From Pseudomonadales bacterium (GTDB lineage Bacteria > Pseudomonadota > Gammaproteobacteria > Pseudomonadales > Azotimanducaceae): a DNA stretch of 64,000 bases. The DNA lies in the NCBI GenBank assembly GCA_046582185.1, contig JAYGEX010000033.1, positions 168-64,167 on the forward strand. The letters are read 5' to 3'. Position 1 is the first letter of the stretch. Each line of letters begins with the position of its first letter. Of the stretch, positions 35,780 through 46,206 are shown piece after piece. The position numbers were made by a program, and so were the translations under genes. Under the pieces are notes generated by a model. It made no database searches and was not told where the DNA came from. It worked only from the letters and a program-made list of their open reading frames with translations.

Positions 35780-36661
35780 TCATTTAGCTCTAATTTTATT
35801 GCAGAAACCGAGGACCAGTTCAAGCAGTATAGGTATAACGCCATCGGGGATGTTATGCCCCATGCCTGGAATGATGTGCAGATCACATTCGGGAATACAT
35901 GCCGCTATGTCTTCACCTCCTTCTTTTGGAATTAGTGGATCATCCGCACCATGAATTACCATGCAGGGCACAGTAATGCTTGCCAACATTTCAACCCGGC
36001 TGCCAATTGAAACAACCGCCGCCATCTGACGGCTCACACCACCAGGATTATGATTTCGTTCCCGGCGCCTGCGAACTATGTCGAGGCGCTCCTCCAGGGA
36101 TTGGGGGTATGCAGGACTACCACAAATAGCCAGGCCTTCGGCGTGAAACAGGTCAATCGCTTCAAGCCCGGCATCCTCATCGGGTTCCCCGCCAAGGGAT
36201 GCCCAGGCCTCTGGCGTCGCCGCCGGTAAACCCGGTCGGCTGGATGATGACATGACGGCAATCATGCTAAGCAGACGATCACCATGGGCTGCCGCGAGTA
36301 CCTGAACGATCATGCCGCCCATGGATATTCCAAAGACATGAGCCTTGGCAATACCAAGAGTGTCCATCACTCCAACTACATCATCGGCCATATCATGCAA
36401 AGAGTAAGCAGCTTGCTGCTCGCCGCTGGCGATTTTTTCCATGGCGGGAATGCCGGATTCGTCGAAGTTTTGTGACAGACCCACATCCCTGTTGTCGAAG
36501 TACACAACGTAGAACCCGGCATCGACCAGGCTATCAATAAACGGCATCGGCCAATCGATGAGCTGGGTCCCGAGACCTCTGATTAACACTATGGCTTCGT
36601 TACCATGATCTCCCTTTTTTTCAACCTCAAGTTGAATGCCGTTGGCTTGTACCAAGCTCAA
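35780..36661 (-). CDS. alpha/beta hydrolase fold protein
   Basis: IVLIRGLGTQ, nucleophile elbow HVFGISMGGM, C-terminal GMGHN. Confidence 0.8.
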   Translation of the reverse strand: MSLVQANGIQLEVEKKGDHGNEAIVLIRGLGTQLIDWPMPFIDSLVDAGFYVVYFDNRDVGLSQNFDESGIPAMEKIASGEQQAAYSLHDMADDVVGVMDTLGIAKAHVFGISMGGMIVQVLAAAHGDRLLSMIAVMSSSSRPGLPAATPEAWASLGGEPDEDAGLEAIDLFHAEGLAICGSPAYPQSLEERLDIVRRRRERNHNPGGVSRQMAAVVSIGSRVEMLASITVPCMVIHGADDPLIPKEGGEDIAACIPECDLHIIPGMGHNIPDGVIPILLELVLGFCNKIRAK

Positions 36662-36903
36662 AAATATTACCTCCTACAGTTGTTTTAAGCGCATTGGATT
36701 CCCCGCATTTTCGAGTCTCCATCCTGGGATTCTACAACCAGGCGCATCACCGCTTGTTAATTGGGCATGTGAACAGAGTATAAGATGAATGATCAATACT
36801 TTTCCATCTAACGCAATGCATTCATGGGCAAGGAAATACCGGAACAATAACTGAGCGCAAGGTATATCTTATATTTGACGTATGTTTTTGATACGCTGAA
36901 TGA

Positions 36904-37410
36904 ATGATAAAGACCTACAACGGCGATACCCCTGTCGTCCCATCATCATGTTTTGTCAGTGAGACTGCCCTTTTAATGGGCGCGGTCATTCTTGGCGAAC
37001 AGGCGGGTATCTGGCCCGGAGCAATCCTGCGGGGCGACTTTGCGACCATCACCATCGGTAGCTGCACCATCATCGAAGACAATGTTGTTATCCATACTGG
37101 CCAGGATCTGAATATAGGTAACAATGTTATTGTGGGGCATGGCGCGGTGATCCATTGCAAGTCCATAGGCGACAATAGCCTTATCGCAAACAATGCCACA
37201 GTTTTGGACGATGCAGAAATCGGCTCTTTTTGTGTTATTGGCGCAGGCGCCGTGGTGAGCCCCGGGATGATCGTGCCAGATCGCTCGCTGGTGTTTGGCG
37301 TACCGGGCAAAATTGTAGGCGAGGTTAAGGCTCATCAAATTGAAAGATTGCAGCGAGGCAACAGCTCATATCTGTCGATGTTCGAGCAATACAAGAAAGA
37401 CGGAATATAA
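36904..37410 (+). CDS. gamma-class carbonic anhydrase / hexapeptide-repeat family protein
   Basis: Left-handed beta-helix hexapeptide repeats with ILRGD....I.IG...NI.D..VIH...... IG..V.VGH.AV.H, typical of YrdA/PaaY/CaiE-like proteins. Confidence 0.8.
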   Translation: MIKTYNGDTPVVPSSCFVSETALLMGAVILGEQAGIWPGAILRGDFATITIGSCTIIEDNVVIHTGQDLNIGNNVIVGHGAVIHCKSIGDNSLIANNATVLDDAEIGSFCVIGAGAVVSPGMIVPDRSLVFGVPGKIVGEVKAHQIERLQRGNSSYLSMFEQYKKDGI

Positions 37411-37448
37411 GACCAGAAAATAAACTCTGGAGATCAGAGGGAGTACAT

Positions 37449-38633
37449 ATGTTGGACGCAAGCCAAATTGAGCAGTACGAGCGTGACGGTTACCTGATAT
37501 TACGCGCTCGATTCAACGACGAAGAAATGGCACGCCTCGATCACGCCTTTGATAACAACCCGCCGCTGGACGGTTTAACCGGGGACGCAGAGTACCCGGC
37601 GCCAGGGCGTTACACTCTGGCCAAGAGTTGTCTAAAAGACCCTGATTTTGCCTTCATGGCCGAGCACCCCAATGTGGTAAACCCGGCGTCCGATCTTCTC
37701 CAGGATGATGTCTATCTCACTGCCTTCGTATTGTACGACCGCACGCCAGGCGGTCCGGGTATACCAATTCACAACGACTATAAGCGTTGGCGTCCTGTAG
37801 GGTCCTCACTAAACTGGTTGTTTTCCATTATCCCCATGACGGATTTTGACGAAGTCACGGGTCAACTCTTTATCGCGCCAGGATCCCACCAATTAGACAG
37901 AGTGTGCGATCGAGGCGAGGGTGTACTGCATATCAATGAGGCAAGCAAACCCAGCCCTGACGATTTTATCGATCCGGAGCTAAAGCGCGGCGACCTGCTA
38001 CTGATGAATATGCATCTGTGGCACCGCGCCGCTGAAAACAAGTCGGACCTGCATCGTGTAGGTTTGTTTAATAAATACTGTGCCGCCCACTATCCCCCTG
38101 CAACTGGTTATTACCTGTTCGACGATGACGTTCATAATATATTGTCTGATGAGGGTAAAAAATTACTGGCAGTTCATAGCGATAAACCCATTGCAACTAC
38201 GCGTCTACTGCTACAAAGAACGTTGAAAGAAGAACGGGAGTTCTTCTTTGTGACCGACGATAACGAACTGGTGCTTCCCGGCGGCCCTACCTTTCAGGAA
38301 CAGGCGATTGGAGACTGGGACATTGGAAACTATGTTGCGGCATTACAAGCTAACATCCGCGAGCAGCTCAGAATTGAAACGCCATGGGTTAGTTATATTG
38401 GCGACTTTGAAGAGGCCAGTCACCTGTGTCGTGTATACGGCTACCCAATGAATAACAATGGTTTCCCGGTTCCTTACCGCGAAGGCAAGTGGATAAAAGA
38501 AAGCGAGGTCCAGGCGGCCATGTTCAAGTTTGGCTATGAAGCCGAAGCCGTAGTTAAGTGGCTGGACCCGTCAATGATCAGAGGTAAAGCGCTTACCCAG
38601 GCACAATCACGAATAGACCAGTACGCTTACTAG
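37449..38633 (+). CDS. phytanoyl-CoA dioxygenase (PhyH) family Fe(II)/2OG oxygenase with ~150-aa C-terminal extension
   Basis: Q...YERDGYLILR, HNDY (HxD), WHRAAEN (distal His). Residues ~245-394 are an extra domain I cannot place. Confidence 0.7.
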   Translation: MLDASQIEQYERDGYLILRARFNDEEMARLDHAFDNNPPLDGLTGDAEYPAPGRYTLAKSCLKDPDFAFMAEHPNVVNPASDLLQDDVYLTAFVLYDRTPGGPGIPIHNDYKRWRPVGSSLNWLFSIIPMTDFDEVTGQLFIAPGSHQLDRVCDRGEGVLHINEASKPSPDDFIDPELKRGDLLLMNMHLWHRAAENKSDLHRVGLFNKYCAAHYPPATGYYLFDDDVHNILSDEGKKLLAVHSDKPIATTRLLLQRTLKEEREFFFVTDDNELVLPGGPTFQEQAIGDWDIGNYVAALQANIREQLRIETPWVSYIGDFEEASHLCRVYGYPMNNNGFPVPYREGKWIKESEVQAAMFKFGYEAEAVVKWLDPSMIRGKALTQAQSRIDQYAY

Positions 38634-38652
38634 GCCGTGGCGGACAATAAGC

Positions 38653-40011
38653 TCAAGCATCACCACCCATAAGTGCCAGAAGTGCTTGAGTCTTTTCCTG
38701 CATCAAGGCCTCATCGCCGCGAGATTCCACATTCAAGCGAACGACAGGCTCGGTATTGGACATACGCACATTGAATCGCCATTGTTCAAATTCAATACTC
38801 AGGCCATCAGTACGATCAATGCTTACGGAATTCTCGGCGTATTGATCTTCGATCTTCTTGATCGTGGCGATCGGATCATCGAGCGTCAGGTTGATCTCGC
38901 CGCTGGCTGGAAAGAGCGCCATCCGCGCATCAACAAGCTCTGCCAATGTTTTACCCTTGGTACTCATAAGACCTGCAACCAGCAACCATGGAATCATGCC
39001 GCTATCGCAATAGGCGAAATCTCTAAAGTAGTGGTGGGCGCTCATTTCGCCGCCGTACACTGAATCTTCCAGTCGCATCCTCTCTTTGATGAATGCATGA
39101 CCAGTCTTGCTCTGAATGGCAGTCCCGCCTTTGGATTCTGCAATATCGATAGTATTCCAGGTCAGCCTCGGATCATGGATAACACTATTGTTACTATCCT
39201 GGTCCAGGAAAGCCTCCGCCAGTAAACCGACGATGTAATAACCTTCAATGAAACGTCCGCTGGAATCAAAGAAGAAACACCGATCGAAGTCACCGTCCCA
39301 GGCGATACCGATATCGGCATTGTTTTGGTTAATCGCCTCAATCGTCGGTGCGCGATTCTCTTCGAGCAGAGGGTTGGGCACACCGTGGGGAAAATTACCA
39401 TCTGCCTCATGATGAACTTTTATGAATTCGAATGGCAGAAATTTCTCAATCCGGTCTATAACAGAGCCGGCGCCGCCATTGCCCGCGTTAACAACAATTT
39501 TAAGGGGTTTGAGGGTGGCTATGTCCACATACTCACGTAATTTGGCGATGTATGCGGCCCTATGATCAATAGACTCCAGAGCACCCCTGCTTTTAATCGG
39601 GCCAAAATCATCTGCTTCAGCCAGAGCCTGTATCTCCTTTAGGCCTGTATCTCCGCTAATGGGTTTTGACAAATCCCGCACCAGCTTCATTCCGTTGTAA
39701 TCTTTGGGATTATGACTTGCGGTCACGACGATTCCGCCATCCATTTCAAAATGCGATGTGGCGAAATATATTTCTTCTGTGCCGCATTCACCGATGTGGA
39801 AGACATTAACGCCTGAATCCCGTAAGCCTTCGACAAGCGCATTGCAAATTGCAGGACTGGACAAGCGAATATCATGGCCAACTACTACTTTTTTCGGTTT
39901 CAGCCAGGATGCGTAAGCGCGACCTACACGATAAGCAATCTCTTCATTGAGTTCATCCGGGATTCGACCGCGCAAGTCATAGGCTTTGAAACAACTTATA
40001 GCGCCACTCAT
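38653..40011 (-). CDS. phosphomannomutase/phosphoglucomutase
   Basis: FKAYDLRG, active-site [12 protein letters not shown], Mg loop [17 protein letters not shown]. Confidence 0.9.
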   Translation of the reverse strand: MSGAISCFKAYDLRGRIPDELNEEIAYRVGRAYASWLKPKKVVVGHDIRLSSPAICNALVEGLRDSGVNVFHIGECGTEEIYFATSHFEMDGGIVVTASHNPKDYNGMKLVRDLSKPISGDTGLKEIQALAEADDFGPIKSRGALESIDHRAAYIAKLREYVDIATLKPLKIVVNAGNGGAGSVIDRIEKFLPFEFIKVHHEADGNFPHGVPNPLLEENRAPTIEAINQNNADIGIAWDGDFDRCFFFDSSGRFIEGYYIVGLLAEAFLDQDSNNSVIHDPRLTWNTIDIAESKGGTAIQSKTGHAFIKERMRLEDSVYGGEMSAHHYFRDFAYCDSGMIPWLLVAGLMSTKGKTLAELVDARMALFPASGEINLTLDDPIATIKKIEDQYAENSVSIDRTDGLSIEFEQWRFNVRMSNTEPVVRLNVESRGDEALMQEKTQALLALMGGDA

Positions 40012-40079
40012 CAGGCTATATCCAATACTAAAAAACGAATTCTACACTAATTGCCACTAACATCCGGCGAACGACTGGC

Positions 40080-40853
40080 CTACAAGCGAAAAGCTTTGAG
40101 ATTGATACCCAGCTCAACATCCAGCTTAAGCGTCACCAATTGTTTACAACGAATCGCATTGTCCGCGTCCGCCTGTACCAGACGAACTTTCTTATCTTCA
40201 TCCCCATCACTGCAGCCAAGAATTTCCTCGAGACTGGCATACTTCAACAGCAGTTCTTCAGCGCTCTTCTTTCCTACCCTAGCCACGCCCTTGATATTGT
40301 TGCTGGCATCGCCGGACATAGCCCAATAGTCCGTTAGTTGGGCAATCTTCACACCGAGTCGTTGCATGACCTCTGCCTCCAGATATTCTGATTGCTTGAA
40401 ATGATCAAAGACGTGAATGTTGGCGTTTATCAGCTGCAGGAACGACTTGTCTGTTGACAGGATTATAACTTCACCACCGGCGCGCTGAATGCCAACCGCA
40501 AGTGTCGCAATAACATCATCTGCCTCATAATTGTTAAGTGAAAATGAGCAAAGGCCAAGCTCACTGAACTTTGCTTCAAAGCCAGCAATGCCGCCTAAAA
40601 GAGTTGGCGGCGTGGGTTTGCGCCCTGCCTTATATTCCGAATAGAGCATGTGCCGCCAGGTCGGATCGTGACACTCAAACACGACAACCCCATGAGTTGG
40701 ACGATGGGTATTCAACGCTCGTTGTAGGGACTTCCCCGCAGAATCGATAACCGCATTAATCTCGCTATCACCATTGGGGTGCGCCTCATAGAGCCTTCTG
40801 ACGAGATTGAAGCCATCAATGAGTAGAACCTTGCTTGCTGTTGTATGGGCCAA
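40080..40853 (-). CDS. xni: flap endonuclease Xni (5'-3' exonuclease IX family)
   Basis: LLIDGFNLVRR, EYKAGRK, EADDVIATL, and an H3TH region (GVARVGKKSAEELL). Confidence 0.85.
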   Translation of the reverse strand: MAHTTASKVLLIDGFNLVRRLYEAHPNGDSEINAVIDSAGKSLQRALNTHRPTHGVVVFECHDPTWRHMLYSEYKAGRKPTPPTLLGGIAGFEAKFSELGLCSFSLNNYEADDVIATLAVGIQRAGGEVIILSTDKSFLQLINANIHVFDHFKQSEYLEAEVMQRLGVKIAQLTDYWAMSGDASNNIKGVARVGKKSAEELLLKYASLEEILGCSDGDEDKKVRLVQADADNAIRCKQLVTLKLDVELGINLKAFRL

Positions 40854-40864
40854 TAACTTAGACC

Positions 40865-42601
40865 TTAGAAACCAATCGCACCACCTTCATTTCGTGGATC
40901 TTTGATGCCGTGGATAATGCCATCCTTGTACAAAATGGCATTGGCATCACCGATTCCGCGGCCGGAGCGTGCCTTTTGTATATTGATATGACCCATTTCC
41001 TCGAGCCTCTTCTTTGTATCCGCGCTAATCCTGAAACCATCATAGGAAATGGAATCCGGCACCCACTGATGGTGAAAGCGAGGTAGTGACACTGCATCCC
41101 CAATCTCAAGTTCATGATCTATGACATTGGATATGACTTGCAGGGTCGTGGTAATAATCGTCGCGCCACCAGGCGATCCAACAACCATAAAAGGTTCCCC
41201 ATCCTTTGTAATAAGGGTCGGCGACATTGAGCTTAACATACGCTTGCCGGGTGCAATCGAATTGGCAATTCCCCCTATGACATTATATTGATTCGGTATG
41301 TTGGCTTTTACAGAAAAATCATCCATTTCATTGTTCATCAAAATACCGGTACCCGGAACCACAATCTTGCTGCCATAGCCGCTATTCAAAGTCGTTGTCA
41401 ATGAAACCATCATGCCGCTCTTGTCCATCACGGAGAAATGCGTGGTTTCCATGCTCTCCTCTGGCCACGAACCTGAACCTACCAGGGCGCTTGGTGTCGC
41501 TCGTTCAAGGTCAAAATCCATAAATCGATGCTTTGCATATCGTTTGTTAATCAGCATTTCCGTTGGTACTTCATAATAGTCGGGATCGCCCAGATGTTGC
41601 GCCCGATCTGCATAAGCTCTGCGCTCTGCTTCTACCATCGTATGGATGAGCTCTGAACTGCTCCATCCCATAGCTTTAAGATCATAGAGCTCAAGCATGT
41701 TAAATATCTGGGCAATCAAAATACCGCCTGAAGAAGGTGGGCCCATACCCCATATTTCATAACCCCTGTAGTTGCTCTTGATAGCGGGACGCCATTTCGA
41801 CCGGTAATCGGCAAGGTCCTTTGCTGTCATTCCACCGCCACCACGTTTCATTTCCTCGGCAATTTTTGCTGCGATTGATCCTTTGTAAAACCCATCCCGT
41901 CCTTTTTTGCTAATCAGCTTTAGTGTTTTAGCAAGGTCTGGCTGTTTCCAAACATCACCAGATTCATAAGGGACCCCATTATTAGAAAATTTCGCCATGG
42001 AGGCTGGGTAAGCTTCCATTCGCTGCAACTGACTTTCAATCGATCGAGCTAGACTCCGGGTCAGTGGGAAGCCTTTTTCTGCTAATTTAATTACCGGAGC
42101 CAACACCTCTTGTCTAGATTTCAAACCATACTTCTCAAGCAACACAAGTAATCCATCAACTGAGCCTGGTGTGCCTGAAGCCTTGTGGGACCTGGTAGAC
42201 AAGCCCTTAATGACATTACCTTCATCATCAAGGTACATATCTGCGTAAGCACTGGCTGGTGCAGTCTCGCGATGATCAAGAGTCACAACTGTTCCATCTG
42301 TCAAGCGAATGACAGCAAAACCGCCGCCGCCAATGTTTCCTCCTGAGGGATGTGTCACCGCCAGAGCGAAGCCAGTCGCAACTGCAGCATCGACCGCATT
42401 TCCTCCATCCTTCATAATCTGTACGCCAACGGCAGAAGCCAATGCGGAGCGAGAGGTCACCAGCCCGTTTCGGGCATGAGCCGCCTCAGGACTCGCAGCC
42501 AGAGCCAGATGGGAAGTAAACTGCATGGCAGCTAGGAGCAGTAAGGAATAGGTAAATCTCATGAGGGTATTTCTAAATAAAACGGTGACGTATTTTAACA
42601 T
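40865..42601 (-). CDS. ggt: gamma-glutamyltransferase (periplasmic)
   Basis: Signal peptide (better from M14 at 42562), GGNAVDAAVA, autoprocessing site ..METTHFSV, GSPGGATII. Confidence 0.9.
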   Translation of the reverse strand: MLKYVTVLFRNTLMRFTYSLLLLAAMQFTSHLALAASPEAAHARNGLVTSRSALASAVGVQIMKDGGNAVDAAVATGFALAVTHPSGGNIGGGGFAVIRLTDGTVVTLDHRETAPASAYADMYLDDEGNVIKGLSTRSHKASGTPGSVDGLLVLLEKYGLKSRQEVLAPVIKLAEKGFPLTRSLARSIESQLQRMEAYPASMAKFSNNGVPYESGDVWKQPDLAKTLKLISKKGRDGFYKGSIAAKIAEEMKRGGGGMTAKDLADYRSKWRPAIKSNYRGYEIWGMGPPSSGGILIAQIFNMLELYDLKAMGWSSSELIHTMVEAERRAYADRAQHLGDPDYYEVPTEMLINKRYAKHRFMDFDLERATPSALVGSGSWPEESMETTHFSVMDKSGMMVSLTTTLNSGYGSKIVVPGTGILMNNEMDDFSVKANIPNQYNVIGGIANSIAPGKRMLSSMSPTLITKDGEPFMVVGSPGGATIITTTLQVISNVIDHELEIGDAVSLPRFHHQWVPDSISYDGFRISADTKKRLEEMGHINIQKARSGRGIGDANAILYKDGIIHGIKDPRNEGGAIGF

Positions 42602-42671
42602 GGTTGTCTGGCGACCGACCTGGGAGACAACTCTCAGGGCCGGGGTGGCCTCAATTTTTGCTCTTCTCTGG

Positions 42672-44432
42672 CTACCGCGGCGGGATGGCTCCTACTGTCC
42701 CATGCCGGCGGCTGTCGGCCGCACCTTGCATGCCATCTGGTCGCACGACGATCACATGCAGGCCTGAGTTTTCGCCTCGGCCCTCTCGCACGTCATAACC
42801 CAGTGCTTTCAGTTTCGCAGAAATTTCCTCACCGGGAGTCGCCGAATCTTCCACCCCCACGGATTCGCCACGAGCGACGATATTCGGGAAATCTACTGCC
42901 GCCTGGGCAGACAGGTCCCAGTCCAGTACGGCCAGTATCGTCTTCGTTGTATACGCGAGTATCGAACTGCCGCCTGCAGATCCGGTGAGCATCACGGGGT
43001 CGCCACGATCATCGAAAATTATCGTTGGCGACATTGATGATCGCGGTCTCTTGCCCGGAGCGATGGCGTTGGCGGCCAAAGTTCCGTCTTCATACTGTTT
43101 CCGGGAAAAGTCTGTCAATTCGTTATTCAGAAAAAAACCGTTTGTCATGCGTATCGAGCCGTAGGGAAATCCGACTGAAGCTGTCATCGACACGGCATTA
43201 CCGTCTCCGTCGATAATCGACAAATGTGATGTACCGACAGCTTCGATCGTACGGTCGCCTCCTCGGATCCGCGCAACCTTGTCCAGTTGAGCTGCAAATC
43301 CGGGGTCTCCGTGCGTGGACGTCTCAGCGGGTTCGAAACGCTCAGTCGCGCGGTGCGATATATACGCAGGATCGATCAACGCCTGTGTCGGCACATCAAC
43401 GAAACCCGGATCGCCGATGAAATGATCCCTGTCCGCATAGGCCAGCCGCTGAGCGTCGATGAACACCTGAATTTTGTCTTCAATGCTGCGGTCGTCCGGC
43501 GACAACAATTCATCGTACAGGGCAGGAATCATGATATGGGCGATACCCGAAGACGGTGGCGGTATCGAGCAGATTTTGTAATCGCGAAAAGCACCACACA
43601 CTGCATCACGCTTGACTGTCTTATACTCAACCACATCCGTTATAGTCATAGAACTCCCCAGGGGTTCCGCCTGCGCGCGATTGACGACTGCCCGGGCGAT
43701 ATCCCCACTGTAGAATGCTTGGCCTCCTTCCAGGGCAATACGCTCCAGTGTCTGCGCGTACTGCGGGTTTCTTTTCACACTGCCAACGGCAAGAGCTTTA
43801 CCTTCGGGAAACAGATATTTGGCGGTATTCGGAAAATCTTGCAAGTCAAACCTTGAGGCCATGCGAGCAAGATAACTGTTCATTTTACGTGTCACTTCAA
43901 AACCGTCTTTTGCTAGCGAAATTGCGGGAGTAAACAAATCAGCCCAAGGAACTTGGCCGTAGTCATCGTGTGCAGACTGATACAGGGACACGGCGCCAGG
44001 GACCCCGATCGATATACCCGCCGGCCACAAATCCACGAATCCAAGGGGCTCGCCGTTACGCACGAACATCTCGGCGGACGCTGATCCCGGTGCCGTTTCC
44101 CGTCCGTCATAGACAGTCAATGCATCCGTCGCCCGGTCATAGACAAGCATAAATGCGCTGCCACCGATGCCAGAACTCTCCGGTTCCACCAGGCCGAGAA
44201 CCGCGTGGGCTGCAATGGCTGCATCGACCGCATGCCCGCCTTTTTCAAGGATCGCAATAGCTGCAGCGACCGCCTCGGGATTGGCGGCGCTCACCATCGC
44301 CCCATGTGGCCAACTGCGTGTTGGCTCGGTGCTGATCTGCTGGCTGATCTGCTGGATAGTCGAACTCGAATCAGTTGACGTCGAGCAGCCGACGATCAGT
44401 GCGATCGTTAGCAGGGCATAAAATCGGCTCAT
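42672..44432 (-). CDS. second gamma-glutamyltransferase, lipoprotein form, GC-richer than its surroundings
   Basis: Start MSRFYALLTIALIVGC (lipobox) at 44432. GGHAVDAAIA, processing site AVGTSHLSI, GSAGGSSIL. The 106-codon upstream extension in the ORF track has no family features. Confidence 0.85.
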   Translation of the reverse strand: MSRFYALLTIALIVGCSTSTDSSSTIQQISQQISTEPTRSWPHGAMVSAANPEAVAAAIAILEKGGHAVDAAIAAHAVLGLVEPESSGIGGSAFMLVYDRATDALTVYDGRETAPGSASAEMFVRNGEPLGFVDLWPAGISIGVPGAVSLYQSAHDDYGQVPWADLFTPAISLAKDGFEVTRKMNSYLARMASRFDLQDFPNTAKYLFPEGKALAVGSVKRNPQYAQTLERIALEGGQAFYSGDIARAVVNRAQAEPLGSSMTITDVVEYKTVKRDAVCGAFRDYKICSIPPPSSGIAHIMIPALYDELLSPDDRSIEDKIQVFIDAQRLAYADRDHFIGDPGFVDVPTQALIDPAYISHRATERFEPAETSTHGDPGFAAQLDKVARIRGGDRTIEAVGTSHLSIIDGDGNAVSMTASVGFPYGSIRMTNGFFLNNELTDFSRKQYEDGTLAANAIAPGKRPRSSMSPTIIFDDRGDPVMLTGSAGGSSILAYTTKTILAVLDWDLSAQAAVDFPNIVARGESVGVEDSATPGEEISAKLKALGYDVREGRGENSGLHVIVVRPDGMQGAADSRRHGTVGAIPPR

Positions 44433-44952
44433 GGTATTCCTCGGACTGAGTCTCGAAAAGCGGCCAAATATACCGCATTTCCGCGGCGGGGAATATAGGG
44501 AGTAAATTGAAGTAAATTGGGACACCCCGGAATTAGGGACATAAGCTTTCGTGATGGTGAGCCAAGTTCCTTTTCCAATGTGCCCCGAACTTCGCTCTTT
44601 CTTGAGTGTCCTGAAGTTTCGTTCTAAGGCTTTGCTACCAATTTCCGGCCGGAAGTCAATGGTTTCCTTTTTGTCTGCCTTTGAGCTCAACCCGAACAAG
44701 CTGCGTTCTAATCTGACAACAGTTAGCACATAGAGGATTTCGAGCGCCAACCCAACTGTCCATAATTCATAGTTACTTCCAGTCTGAAGCAGTCATTGAG
44801 AATTTTTTAATCATTATCACAAACAATCATAAGTTGATTGATTGCGAGCCAGCCGCAGGTACACAGTAAGTGAATGTTCCTTCCCATAAGGACCGCATGC
44901 CTCAAGCAGCCTTAGAGCTTTACTGAACTCGGATAGTCTCTCCCCTGCCTCT

Positions 44953-45813
44953 CTATTGACCCAAATGGAAGTGCTCCATCGCATAAATTGTATTCTGCAA
45001 CATACAAACCCGGGTCATGGGTCCCACACCTCCGGGAACCGGAGTGATCCATCCGGCTCGCTTTGATGCCTCGTCAAACTCCACGTCCCCGTGAAGTCTG
45101 CCCTGGTCGTCGCGGGTAATTCCGATATCGATGACTGTTGCGCCAGGTTTAATCCAGGCGCCTTTAATCAACCCGGGAATGCCAACGGCCGATATGACAA
45201 TGTCGGCATACTCGACGTGATCCCGCACATTGGAAGTGAACTTATGAGTCGCGGAAACGCTACACCCTGCCAACAGCAGTTCCAGCGCCATAGGGCGACC
45301 GACATGGTTGGATACACCAATAACAGTGGCGTCTTTGCCCATTATTTCGACGCCAATTCTCTCCAACAGCTGCATGACACCCATTGGAGTACAGGGTCTA
45401 AGCCCAGGGTGTCTTAATACCAGTCTGCCGACATTGTATGGGTGGAAACCATCCACATCCTTGTTTGGGTCAATGGCTTCGAGTATTGCCAGGTTATCGA
45501 TGTGATCAGGCAGGGGAAGCTGAACCAGTATTCCATCGATAGTTGGATCGGCGTTGAACTCCGAAATAACCGCGAGCAATTCCTGTTGGGAAATATCCTT
45601 GTCGAATAATCGGACCTCAGATTTAATCCCTACCTCTTTACAGTCACGTTGTTTGTTTCTGACGTAGATGCTTGAACCGGGATCATCTCCCACGAGTATT
45701 ACCGCAAGCCCCGGCACTCGATGATTCGCCTGCTCCAGCGAGCTGACCTTCGTTCTGAGCTCCTTTCGGATTGAGGCCGAAATGGCTTTACCGTCAATTA
45801 TTCTTGCAGGCAT
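44953..45813 (-). CDS. folD: bifunctional methylenetetrahydrofolate dehydrogenase/cyclohydrolase
   Basis: IIDGKAIS, PGLAVILVGDDPGS.IYVRNK, DGILVQLPLP, VDGFHP.N.G, VPGGVGPMT. Confidence 0.95.
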   Translation of the reverse strand: MPARIIDGKAISASIRKELRTKVSSLEQANHRVPGLAVILVGDDPGSSIYVRNKQRDCKEVGIKSEVRLFDKDISQQELLAVISEFNADPTIDGILVQLPLPDHIDNLAILEAIDPNKDVDGFHPYNVGRLVLRHPGLRPCTPMGVMQLLERIGVEIMGKDATVIGVSNHVGRPMALELLLAGCSVSATHKFTSNVRDHVEYADIVISAVGIPGLIKGAWIKPGATVIDIGITRDDQGRLHGDVEFDEASKRAGWITPVPGGVGPMTRVCMLQNTIYAMEHFHLGQ

Positions 45814-46206
45814 CGATCTTGTTCCCTAGCATGATTTATCAGTTGTAACATATCATCTCCCGGTGACATCGTTTCCTTCACGCTGGGAATTCCTGGCCAG
45901 ATATCGACACTTTAGAGCTCGGCATAGACATTCAGGTGTGGTGCCAAATTGTCGGAGATACTATCCGGCTATTCCGGACCAGTGAATTTCGATGAATTTT
46001 CTGCTACGAAGCCGCAACGATCACACCGAACGATTCGCCATAAGGTGTACCATTTCTATACAAATGGAGCCAATAAATAGAGCCGACATCCAATACATAG
46101 GGAAGCAGTTTTTAAATGCTTGATAGTGGATGTCTGATTGAGTCATGACCTGCCTTCGACTCCAAAGCAGCATTCTTAAGAAAGGACGGGAAACGTACGT
46201 CGACAC

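Noticed and set aside
44433-44750. Upstream extensions of ORFs 42672..44750, 49499..50851, 26639..27397, 34271..34804, 53321..54235 and 32538..34331
   Set aside because: In each case an internal ATG with an RBS, a signal peptide or a family-typical N-terminus marks the real start. The extensions have no features, or overlap the neighbouring gene.
46021-46206. 61-aa ORF directly downstream of the sulfatase pseudogene
   Set aside because: It has a single weak hydrophobic stretch, no RBS, no recognisable family, and a length at the noise threshold.
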